DNA of 55,891 nt from Minisyncoccota bacterium (GCA_036405175.1 DASWYC010000002.1:1-55891), one strand, 5' to 3'. Counted from the stretch's first letter, positions 7,591 to 15,275 are shown. Program-made: numbers and translations. The notes: generated from the letters alone by a model not told the origin.

Positions 7591-9859
7591 ATATTCCTGA
7601 TACGACTTCAACAGGAACGGATACATGGGTTTCAACCTCAATCATATTCTGAATCTCTTCGTGCAAATCTACACCCTCGACTTCTTTTATGTCTTCGATA
7701 GTTAGAATTACAGAGTATTTTTGCTTGTAGTCAGCAGGGACCATCAACTCATCTTTGTTTTCGCAGATAATTTTCAATTCCCAGAAACGACCTGTGTGTT
7801 CTTTGGTGTTTTTATCAATAGGCGGATAGTGCTGAACATTAGATTTTGTATGTGCACCACCGTAAGTATCTTTGGTGTTTCTACCTGCAATATTGGCATT
7901 ATCACAACGAACCAATTGGGCTGAAATAATGAGAGGATTATAAATCCTGTGATTTTTTGTATTTACAACAGGGTTATAAACTAGCGTCTTTCTTATTCTT
8001 AATCTCTTATGAGAATCACCTGCAATTGAAGCAGGTATAGGAAACCTCACAGTCTTTTGTTTGCAATCTTTTTCTCCACCAACAACTATCTCGTCTTCAA
8101 TAATTATTGTTGAACTATGGTTTGTTGAGTGCAGAGTTCTTTCTAATTGAGGTATCCCAAAACCAATCATTCGTTCTCTAATCTTCTTGCTAGCAATGCC
8201 TTGTCCGACATCCCTATTCGCAAAGTGTATTATTAAACCCTTGAGTGAATTTGTAGTTAAGTCTGGATATTGATTATGCAAAACCGATAAGTCATGTGCT
8301 ACCAGAGGTGCGGCAAAACTAGTACCACCCATTGAGGTCAAAGTATCATTGTCCTGATGAGCCATAAGTGGCCCGTTGTCTTCACAGGTGAAATCTGTTT
8401 TGTAGTTAGAATCATAATTAACAAGGTCTGGCTTTATGAAAGGAAATTTATCTAGATTGCCTCTCGTGTGAGCAACGGGGCTATTTATTTTTGCCATCGA
8501 ATCAGCAGTTTCAGCAAAAGCAATTGAGCCAACAGAAATATTGTTAATGCTATCTGCAGGAGGTAATATTCGAGCAAATTTTTCAGTGAAGTAATGCGGA
8601 TAGCCCTTTTGTAAACATTTTGTTACCAAATCCCTAGGCCAATTTTTGAATAAGTTGCCCGCAGATACAACAAACAAGCAATTATATTTATTGGCCAAGT
8701 CGTCGAGTAGAATTGTTAACTTATCGACTCCCTTAACTCTCGTGTAAGCAAGATGATAAGTGTTAATCGAAAGATTTATAATTAACACTTTGTATATCAA
8801 AGAATACTTTTTAACCGCATCTTCAATAATTGACTCGAGATTAAGAAAATTATTTTGACTCACCTTAATCGCAATAACTCTGTTGTCTTGCTGTAGAGTG
8901 CCGTTTGCAACTAAATTTCGTCCATTTATGACCAAACTAGCAACAGCAGTTCCGTGTCCCGGTTCAGAACCATCGTTATTAAGAACATCATCGAGAGCAC
9001 CTTTCAATGCAAAATGATTTTGATTTACGTCAGTATCAAAAACGATTGCAGGAGTTAGGGTAGAAGGTGGATTTATAACGCTGATATTCTGGGATTGCTT
9101 TTTAAAAGAAGACAACTCGACAATATAACTTGGACTCTTTTCTATCTTGGTTATTCCTTCAAGTTCATTTACGGTTTCTTCAATCTCATTAAAATTTGCG
9201 TGTACGCGACAAAAATGTAAGGCGTCTCTGTTTATCTTGGAAACAAATCGTTCGCCATACTTTTCAGAAACAATAGTAAGTTTTCGAGCCACATCTTCTG
9301 TTGTGCCCACAAAAGAAATATCAACAAAATGTTCAGTGTCACTAGAACTTCTCATTTCTCCCAATAGTTCTGGTTCAATGATTTCTTCTAGTTCGAGAGG
9401 TTTTATCTCTCGTATGTAATCAAAGTTTGTTTTCCCTTTATCTTTGTCCGATTCTTTGTAAGTAACAATATCTCGTTGTAGACGCTCAAATTGGGAATGT
9501 GTTTGCCCGTCCAGTTTTTTATTGCTTATTCTTCCGTAAACAATCTCGTTTTCTTTTCTATCTTGCTTTACTTTATAAACTTCAATACCGTACTTTTTAA
9601 TAAAGTCCGGTTTACGTGAACCAATAAAAGTAATTTTAAATTCGTTATTACCTTTATCATCAGTCACCAATAATTGTCCTTGTCTGTCTTCATAGAATTT
9701 TTTTATCCGGTTAACATTTCGTACGAGTAACGTCTTATGTCTTTCACGGTTAAAAGTCGGCTTGGGTTGTATATTTCTCTTGGGGCCGGGCGTATATTTA
9801 CCTTCTCGGGAAATTAGTTGTCCTGGCAAATTAAGATGTTTGTAGAGTTTTTTAGGCAT
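7589..9859 (-). CDS. S8 subtilisin-family serine peptidase with unrecognised N- and C-terminal regions (IetS-like)
   Basis: Catalytic-triad motifs are VFDTDVN (Asp), GHGTAVASL (His) and GGTSFAAPLVAH (Ser). The start lies 3 nt after the stop of the upstream ATPase gene. Length is 756 aa. Confidence 0.8.
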   Translation of the reverse strand: MPKKLYKHLNLPGQLISREGKYTPGPKRNIQPKPTFNRERHKTLLVRNVNRIKKFYEDRQGQLLVTDDKGNNEFKITFIGSRKPDFIKKYGIEVYKVKQDRKENEIVYGRISNKKLDGQTHSQFERLQRDIVTYKESDKDKGKTNFDYIREIKPLELEEIIEPELLGEMRSSSDTEHFVDISFVGTTEDVARKLTIVSEKYGERFVSKINRDALHFCRVHANFNEIEETVNELEGITKIEKSPSYIVELSSFKKQSQNISVINPPSTLTPAIVFDTDVNQNHFALKGALDDVLNNDGSEPGHGTAVASLVINGRNLVANGTLQQDNRVIAIKVSQNNFLNLESIIEDAVKKYSLIYKVLIINLSINTYHLAYTRVKGVDKLTILLDDLANKYNCLFVVSAGNLFKNWPRDLVTKCLQKGYPHYFTEKFARILPPADSINNISVGSIAFAETADSMAKINSPVAHTRGNLDKFPFIKPDLVNYDSNYKTDFTCEDNGPLMAHQDNDTLTSMGGTSFAAPLVAHDLSVLHNQYPDLTTNSLKGLIIHFANRDVGQGIASKKIRERMIGFGIPQLERTLHSTNHSSTIIIEDEIVVGGEKDCKQKTVRFPIPASIAGDSHKRLRIRKTLVYNPVVNTKNHRIYNPLIISAQLVRCDNANIAGRNTKDTYGGAHTKSNVQHYPPIDKNTKEHTGRFWELKIICENKDELMVPADYKQKYSVILTIEDIKEVEGVDLHEEIQNMIEVETHVSVPVEVVSGI

Positions 9860-9862
9860 AAA

Positions 9863-10993
9863 TTATTTCTTCCTCGGGGAATACTTTGGATAAGTATTGC
9901 GATGAATACCAAGAACAGACGCAATAACAACCTTCGGATAACCCATACTCTCAACCTCCTTTAGGAGTTTCGTAAGCAGTTTTTCATTTTTGCTTTTGAT
10001 ATTTTTAAGGCTTGATAGATAGCCATCAAACAAAAGAATCTCAAGAAAATCCTTATAAGTAATTTCTTTCCTGTCACCGAGAATCATTTCCATTTTTGCT
10101 TTCTCAATTACACCTTTGATTTCATCAACCGTGTCTAAGTTCAGCAGATTAAATACGCTGAAAATAAAGTCCCACTCTTTCTTGGAAAGTTTCGTTTCAA
10201 TACTCTTATCGTGCTCAATGAGGTAACCCAAGAAATCTTTTTTGTCAGAGTCACTTAAAGCACCGACCTCTATTTTAAATGGGAAACGTCTAAGTATTGC
10301 AGAGTCAATTGTATCTATGAGATTTGTGGCAACGATAACGATTTTATTGCTTGCAGAAAAATCCAAGGTTTGAATAATGGAGTTTACAATTCTTTTTAGT
10401 TCTCCAACATCGTTGTTGTCGGCTCTTGTTTTTGCAAAAGCATCAAACTCGTCAATAAAGATAACTTCTCGTCCTGGTGTGTGGAAAATATCGGCTATGT
10501 TTTTCATTGTCTCTCCAAGACGAGAAGACATGACATCAGTCACCTTTACGTATCGTGTAGGCAATTTCAGTTGCTCTGCAATATAAAAGCCAAGTGTTGT
10601 CTTTCCTGTACCAGGAGGACCGTAGAGTAGGATTCGATTTAGTTTTTGGTCGTCCTGTAATTTTTCTATCCTTCTGTAATATTCAAGAATCCTATCAAGT
10701 CTTTTTTTGAGAGACGATGGAAGCCAAATCTTTTTTACATCAACGTGGTAAGACTGCTTCATCGCACTCGCACTTTGAACGTGTCGAGTGCCTATAGGGG
10801 ACCCTTCAATCTCGGCCAGGAGTTTCATCAAGGAGTTATAGACCTCATGGCGATTATTATTTATTTCACTAACAGCAATCTTTTGAAGTAGGTCGAAAAG
10901 TTCCTGCCTTTCACCAATCAAACCAAGTCGGGCTATTTCAATTAAATTTTTGTTTGATTTAGAAAGCATATAGTCGAGAGTACATCTGCACAT
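9863..10993 (-). CDS. AAA+ ATPase (IetA-like) with possible C-terminal Fis-type HTH
   Basis: Walker A is GPPGTGKTT and Walker B is VIFIDEFD, with the AAA-lid pattern ILRRFPFKIEV. The C-terminus IASVLGIHRNTYPKY looks like a short HTH. The start could be ATG 10993 or ATG 10969. Confidence 0.8.
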   Translation of the reverse strand: MCRCTLDYMLSKSNKNLIEIARLGLIGERQELFDLLQKIAVSEINNNRHEVYNSLMKLLAEIEGSPIGTRHVQSASAMKQSYHVDVKKIWLPSSLKKRLDRILEYYRRIEKLQDDQKLNRILLYGPPGTGKTTLGFYIAEQLKLPTRYVKVTDVMSSRLGETMKNIADIFHTPGREVIFIDEFDAFAKTRADNNDVGELKRIVNSIIQTLDFSASNKIVIVATNLIDTIDSAILRRFPFKIEVGALSDSDKKDFLGYLIEHDKSIETKLSKKEWDFIFSVFNLLNLDTVDEIKGVIEKAKMEMILGDRKEITYKDFLEILLFDGYLSSLKNIKSKNEKLLTKLLKEVESMGYPKVVIASVLGIHRNTYPKYSPRKK

Positions 10994-11022
10994 TTTTATT
11001 ATACACGATTAAAAATGTGCAG
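10986..11022. promoter_or_regulatory. 13-bp perfect inverted repeat overlapping the ATPase promoter and start
   Basis: ctgcacattttta (10986-10998) pairs with taaaaatgtgcag (11010-11022). A minus-strand TATAAT (11004-10999) lies in the 11-bp spacer, and ATG 10993 lies in the left arm. Confidence 0.45.
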
Positions 11023-11392
11023 ACTAGTCCTTATGTTGTGAATATCCCAGAGTTTCTATAAGTTCAATACCCCCATGGTGGAGTACCTGAATTGCTACTT
11101 TATGGAGAAACAAGGGTTTCTTGTAGGTTTTTACTAGTTTGATGAAAATACCAAAAGCGAGAAAGATAACTTTTTAGGCGGTTCGATAAAACCCGACATC
11201 TGTCCACCAAAGTTGTTATTTCTAACAAATTTCAGATACCTATCATTTCAGTCTTTTAAGGAAATAAATTACTATAAGTCGATAATTAAGGAAGTTTGTT
11301 AAACATCTTAATTTTGATAAAATCTTTCTAAGGATATAATTGTTGTGAAAAAGTAGGGTTATCTTTTAACTCAATTAAAAATCCTTATTTAT

Positions 11393-12313
11393 ATGCCTAC
11401 GTTATTAGAATATTACAACAACGATTTTAAAGACCTCAGTATTGACTCAGATATTTCAATGGATTTGAGTAAATCAGATGAAAATGGGCATATTGTCCCA
11501 ATAGGACAGTTGATAATTAAAATGCGAGTTAAAAGTGAAATGAATAGCTCAAGTCTAATTTTTACTTTTTATATTCCTGAAACTACCTTAACGACTAGGA
11601 TGATACTCTCTCTACTTGATAATCTTGATGCATATAAAAAACAAATAAAAGAGGTTGAAGTTATTGGCGGTTTTTTGAATGATATTGATGTTGGAGTTCA
11701 TAATAGTACATTTTCAAGTCGCGTGTTTTTCTATGTAGAAACCCCACCATTAAAAGAAGAGATTTCACAGCTTGAAGTTTACTGTAAAGATAAAAATATT
11801 TATTTAACTATTAGAAGTTTAGATTATGTCAAAACACGTATGAGAAATGAGACACCTTTAGCATTTATCTCGCATGATTCTAGAAATAAGGAATTAATAG
11901 CAAGACCGTTAGCAAATGGCTTAAATTCAAGATTATGTACGGTTTGGTATGATGAATACTCTTTAAAGGTTGGAATGAGTTTAAGAGAATCGATTGAAGA
12001 TGGAATAAAAAAGGCAAAAAAGTGTATTTTGGTTCTCACCAAAGAGTTCCTTGAAAATCCAGGCTGGACCAGAAAAGAATTCAATTCAATTTTCACCAGG
12101 GAGATGATATTTAACGAAAGAGTTGTAATTCCCATATGGTTCAATGTAAAAAAAGAGGAGGTATATGAATATTCACCATCACTGGCTGATACTGTTGCCT
12201 TAATTTGGCCAAATCCTAGTAATCTGACAGATGATGAATACAAAGTAGAAGTAGAGAAGCTTATAAGTAAAATCCATACAGCCGTTACTGCTGAAAATAG
12301 TAAAGATTCTTAG
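11393..12313 (+). CDS. TIR-domain protein with unrecognised 150-aa N-terminal domain
   Basis: The C-terminal half LAFISHDSRNKELIARPLANGL..VWYDEYSLKVGMSLRESIEDGIKKAKKCILVLTKEFLENPGWTRKEFNSI matches the TIR_2 pattern, including the W-x3-E glutamate position. Confidence 0.8.
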   Translation: MPTLLEYYNNDFKDLSIDSDISMDLSKSDENGHIVPIGQLIIKMRVKSEMNSSSLIFTFYIPETTLTTRMILSLLDNLDAYKKQIKEVEVIGGFLNDIDVGVHNSTFSSRVFFYVETPPLKEEISQLEVYCKDKNIYLTIRSLDYVKTRMRNETPLAFISHDSRNKELIARPLANGLNSRLCTVWYDEYSLKVGMSLRESIEDGIKKAKKCILVLTKEFLENPGWTRKEFNSIFTREMIFNERVVIPIWFNVKKEEVYEYSPSLADTVALIWPNPSNLTDDEYKVEVEKLISKIHTAVTAENSKDS

Positions 12314-12319
12314 GAGAGA

Positions 12320-12493
12320 TTATTTATTCGCTATTACTAGGTTCGGCAAAGGTTTACACACCGCCATCAACAGAGTATGTATCTGCTCAAAATACTCAAT
12401 TGCCAACTGTTCAGTAAGCTCAACATCATAGAGTTCTTTATACAACACTTTAAATTTTTCAATATAGAGTGTTTTGTTTGCAAGTGAAGACAT
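12320..12493 (-). CDS. 57-aa ORF downstream of the XRE gene
   Basis: Hand translation gives MSSLANKTLYIEKFKVLYKELYDVELTEQLAIEYFEQIHTLLMAVCKPLPNLVIANK. It starts 44 nt after the XRE stop and ends 7 nt from the convergent TIR stop. It is below the ORF-track cutoff. Confidence 0.3.
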   Translation of the reverse strand: MSSLANKTLYIEKFKVLYKELYDVELTEQLAIEYFEQIHTLLMAVCKPLPNLVIANK

Positions 12494-12537
12494 ATATTAG
12501 GAATATCACATATTCATACATTAAACAATTGAGAAGC

Positions 12538-12744
12538 TTAAAGAGAAGGGTATATATCTTCCGATCTAACATTATATATTTTAGAAAGCGTCATGAGATT
12601 TATGGCACTTGGCATACCTTTACCTCGCTCCCATTCAGATAATCTATCAACACATTTCTTCCCGATAATTTCTGCTACTTGTTTTAGTGTGAGTCCTTTA
12701 TTCTTTCTAATTTCTTTTAGTCTGTTAGGGTATTTCATAATCAA
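12538..12744 (-). CDS. XRE-family helix-turn-helix regulator
   Basis: LKEIRKNKGLTLKQVAEIIGKKCVDRLSEWERGKGMPSAINLMTLSKIY is a canonical HTH_3 pattern. Confidence 0.8.
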   Translation of the reverse strand: MIMKYPNRLKEIRKNKGLTLKQVAEIIGKKCVDRLSEWERGKGMPSAINLMTLSKIYNVRSEDIYPSL

Positions 12745-12752
12745 AGTTTAAA

Positions 12753-12887
12753 TAGTTGTTAGTGGATTAATAAGAGAGGGTAATTTGCTTAATCAGCTAT
12801 CATTAACCTCCTTATTCAAATCGGGAATGATAAATGTATCTTTATTCTCATCTATCCATGTTCGTATGGCATCAAAGGTGCTCCACA
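12753..12887 (-). repeat. direct repeat copy 2 (core 12815-12887), a degenerate gene copy
   Basis: A 51-bp stretch is identical to copy 3. The ORF 12793..12888 starts with TTG instead of ATG and has an in-frame TGA where copy 1 has AGA. Confidence 0.85.
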
Positions 12888-12966
12888 AAATTGCTATTTC
12901 AGCAAATTATCCTCTCTTGAATTTTCTGGGAGAAAGATAATTGACAAAAAGAGCTATAAAACTAGA

Positions 12967-13710
12967 ATGAAGAATAGTATGGAGGACTTGATTAAAGAGG
13001 AACAAGAAATGGCTTTGAATGCTGAAAAGGAATACGGTGAATATTTTGTTCATGCAAAAAGTATGGTCACTCTTTTTAATAATCTTGTCACCCAAATGAA
13101 TATTCCTACCAGATTTATGTTTCTTGCATTTTTTTCTCAAATACGAAAGCATCTAGTATTAGCCTTGTTATCTACGGTTCGCCTTCATCACGTTCAAGCT
13201 GGAATGAATTTACGACAAGTATTAGAAGCAAGTGGGTGGGCTGCCTATGCTTTAGCTCATGAGAATGAGGCATTATTCTGGAGAAAAAATTCCGAAAATA
13301 GAGCTGAGGTTCCTAAGTCCTTAAAGGAAGCAAAAAATACATGGCTAGAAAATAACTATAAAGATGAATCCGATAAAATCAGAATATTGAAGGAATTAAT
13401 AAATGAATCCATTGCACACGCAAATATAGTTTACGCATTTCAGACGTTTGAGCTTGCTGATGACGAAAATGGTTCAGGCTATAATATGCCATATTTTGAT
13501 ATAGGAGATCATTCTTGGGTCAAAATGAACCTTCTAACCGTAGCAAATTTCACAATGAGTATTATTGGACTATTTATAAAAGTAAACCAAAAATACAATG
13601 TCTATAAATCTCCTGCTGACTTAAATCAGCAATATCAAGAGCTCATTGAAGAGCATGAAAATCTTCGTACCAAGATTCAGCAAGATGAGCGCTTTCGGCA
13701 AACAGCCTAG
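12967..13710 (+). CDS. hypothetical protein (247 aa), sole gene between repeat copies 2 and 3
   Basis: Clean ORF with TATAAA (12955-12960) exactly 6 nt before the ATG. No family recognised. Confidence 0.5.
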   Translation: MKNSMEDLIKEEQEMALNAEKEYGEYFVHAKSMVTLFNNLVTQMNIPTRFMFLAFFSQIRKHLVLALLSTVRLHHVQAGMNLRQVLEASGWAAYALAHENEALFWRKNSENRAEVPKSLKEAKNTWLENNYKDESDKIRILKELINESIAHANIVYAFQTFELADDENGSGYNMPYFDIGDHSWVKMNLLTVANFTMSIIGLFIKVNQKYNVYKSPADLNQQYQELIEEHENLRTKIQQDERFRQTA

Positions 13711-13716
13711 CATATT

Positions 13717-13815
13717 TCACTCTTCTTTACATGTCGACCCATTTAAATCTGGAATAATAAAAGTATCTTTATTCTCATCTATCCATGTTCGTATGGCATC
13801 AAAGGTGCTCCACAT
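13717..13815 (-). pseudogene. truncated copy of the repeated small gene (MWSTFDAIRTWIDENKDTFIIPDLNGSTCKEE)
   Basis: ATG at 13815 lies 7 nt downstream of the TfoX_N stop. The sequence diverges from copies 1 and 2 right after IIPDL. Confidence 0.3.
13743..13814 (-). repeat. direct repeat copy 3
   Basis: ttaaatctggaataataaaagtatctttattctcatctatccatgttcgtatggcatcaaaggtgctccaca. Confidence 0.85.
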
Positions 13816-13821
13816 AGTAAA

Positions 13822-14154
13822 TTATTTAATATTTTCTTCAATCGCTTGAGTTGCGATTTTTTCTAGTATTTCTGGAATGTCAAATAAATCTTCCGGCACC
13901 AGCCAGTAGTTCATAGAAACCACTTTCCCATCTTTCTTTTCATAACTAAACTTTTCTGATCCGTACTCTTGAAGCTCATCAATAACTGCTGAGTTTTTTG
14001 TTTTAAGATAGAAATTATTTCCAATGATTGCAGCAAAGGGAATACCATCAGCATAAATTGCCCAACCACTCATCATGGGTTTTGAAGAAATATTTCCGAG
14101 GGATCCTAAAATATCAAAAACAATAAAGTCGTGAAAGTCGAGTGACTTTTTCAT
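13822..14154 (-). CDS. TfoX N-terminal-domain protein
   Basis: ILGSLGNISSKPMMSGWAIYADGIPFAAIIGNNFYLKTK...KFSYEKKDGKVVSMNYWLVPEDL follows the TfoX_N pattern. The start was moved to ATG 14154 (MKKSLDF), which overlaps the upstream stop as TAAtATG. Confidence 0.7.
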   Translation of the reverse strand: MKKSLDFHDFIVFDILGSLGNISSKPMMSGWAIYADGIPFAAIIGNNFYLKTKNSAVIDELQEYGSEKFSYEKKDGKVVSMNYWLVPEDLFDIPEILEKIATQAIEENIK

Positions 14155-14155
14155 A

Positions 14156-14425
14156 TTACTTATAAAATTTTTTAATCCACCAACTTTTAATAAAGGGTAG
14201 TGATAAATTTGAAAGATAGTATCCAAGAGTTGGGATAATGGCTCCAAGCAGTACATTTTCCCCGCCAATAATCCAAAGTGCAAATGCGGCAATGAGATAG
14301 GTAATAACAAGAATTGTAATAAGTTTAATGCGACTTGTTTCCCATGCTTTATCTGACTGCACACGATGGTTGCGCTCTTTAATATTCTCAATTTCTTGTT
14401 CAAGTTGGCGGATTCGTTCTTCCAT
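14156..14425 (-). CDS. small membrane protein with N-terminal coiled-coil segment
   Basis: MEERIRQLEQEIENIKERNH is followed by two hydrophobic helices. The start was chosen at ATG 14425. Confidence 0.45.
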   Translation of the reverse strand: MEERIRQLEQEIENIKERNHRVQSDKAWETSRIKLITILVITYLIAAFALWIIGGENVLLGAIIPTLGYYLSNLSLPFIKSWWIKKFYK

Positions 14426-14489
14426 AATTATATTGGTATAATACACCTGAGTTTGGTAGTGCTGCAATTGACTAAGCCCCACTTTATCT

Positions 14490-15275
14490 ATGGATTTTCA
14501 TCTTATTATAATTTCAGTTATTGAAGGACTTACGGAATTTCTTCCGATTTCTTCAACGGGGCATTTGATCATCGCAGGACACTTAATGCAAGTTGATCTT
14601 GCTGATCCGTATATTAAATTCTATTTGCTATTTATTCAGCTGGGTGCATTGCTTGCTGGGGTTGTGCTGTTTTCAAAAAGAATTCTCACTGACAAAAAAA
14701 CATTCATAAATGTTCTCGTAAGTTTTATTCCAACGGCTATTCTGGGATTTGTACTCTATAAGTTATTTAAGCATTTATTAGAAGGGAATATGATCTTGCT
14801 CGCCAGCATGTTGATTCTTGGTGGAGTGATATTTATGTATTTGGAGCAAGTGTTTATGAAAAAACATGCACTCAAAAGCGGGGAGTTTGGTAAAGAAGAT
14901 ATTTCAATTAAAGATGCTGTAGTGATTGGAGTTGCTCAAGCTGCTGCTATGGTTCCTGGTGTATCGCGTTCTGGTGCTACTATTATTGCTGGAATTTTAC
15001 GTGGTATTAAAAAAGCAAGCATTATTGAATACACATTTTTGCTAGCACTTCCCACACTCGGCGCTGCGGTACTCTATGATATCTACAAATCAAAAGATGT
15101 ATTTGCGCAGATTGGATCGTATCAAGATCTGATCATGGGATTTACCGTTGCGTTTGTTGTTGGGGTTGCTACCTTAAGAATACTTAAAAAGTATTTGCCA
15201 AAGATTTCTCTCACTCATTTTGGATGGTATCGTATTGCCTTGGGAATTATTGTTATTCTGATCTTCGTTATATAA
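14490..15275 (+). CDS. uppP: undecaprenyl-diphosphate phosphatase
   Basis: The BacA/UppP signature EGLTEFLPISSTGHL lies at the N-terminus and PGVSRSGATI in the middle. The protein is polytopic. Confidence 0.9.
   Translation: MDFHLIIISVIEGLTEFLPISSTGHLIIAGHLMQVDLADPYIKFYLLFIQLGALLAGVVLFSKRILTDKKTFINVLVSFIPTAILGFVLYKLFKHLLEGNMILLASMLILGGVIFMYLEQVFMKKHALKSGEFGKEDISIKDAVVIGVAQAAAMVPGVSRSGATIIAGILRGIKKASIIEYTFLLALPTLGAAVLYDIYKSKDVFAQIGSYQDLIMGFTVAFVVGVATLRILKKYLPKISLTHFGWYRIALGIIVILIFVI

Larger units (their letters stand above)
4395..13814. mobile_element. putative integrated island or islands delimited by the three direct repeats, with a large serine recombinase at the left edge
   Basis: The recombinase gene abuts and reads into copy 1. 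The cargo is defence-type and regulatory genes. Copy 3 lies directly downstream of a TfoX_N gene. The true left boundary is uncertain. Confidence 0.5.

Noticed and set aside
11180-11200. ggcggttcgataaaacccgac as a tRNA fragment or att remnant
   Set aside because: Only the GGTTCGA T-loop-like heptamer matches. No acceptor, anticodon or T-stem pairing could be built around it.
11393-12313. Calling the TIR gene a Thoeris ThsB
   Set aside because: No ThsA-type (SIR2/SLOG or Macro/TM) partner gene is present anywhere in the island.
12793-12795. The in-frame TGA in repeat copy 2 as evidence for TGA recoding (genetic code 25)
   Set aside because: Long core genes in the window are uninterrupted under the standard code, and several end in TGA (for example the response regulator at 21231-21233). 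Copy 2 also lacks an ATG, so simple decay is the more economical explanation.
13822-14403. Full 193-aa version of the TfoX_N ORF
   Set aside because: The first 83 codons overlap the 14156..14425 membrane-protein gene in another frame and lack TfoX similarity. ATG 14154 gives the conserved domain start and a coupled TAAtATG junction.
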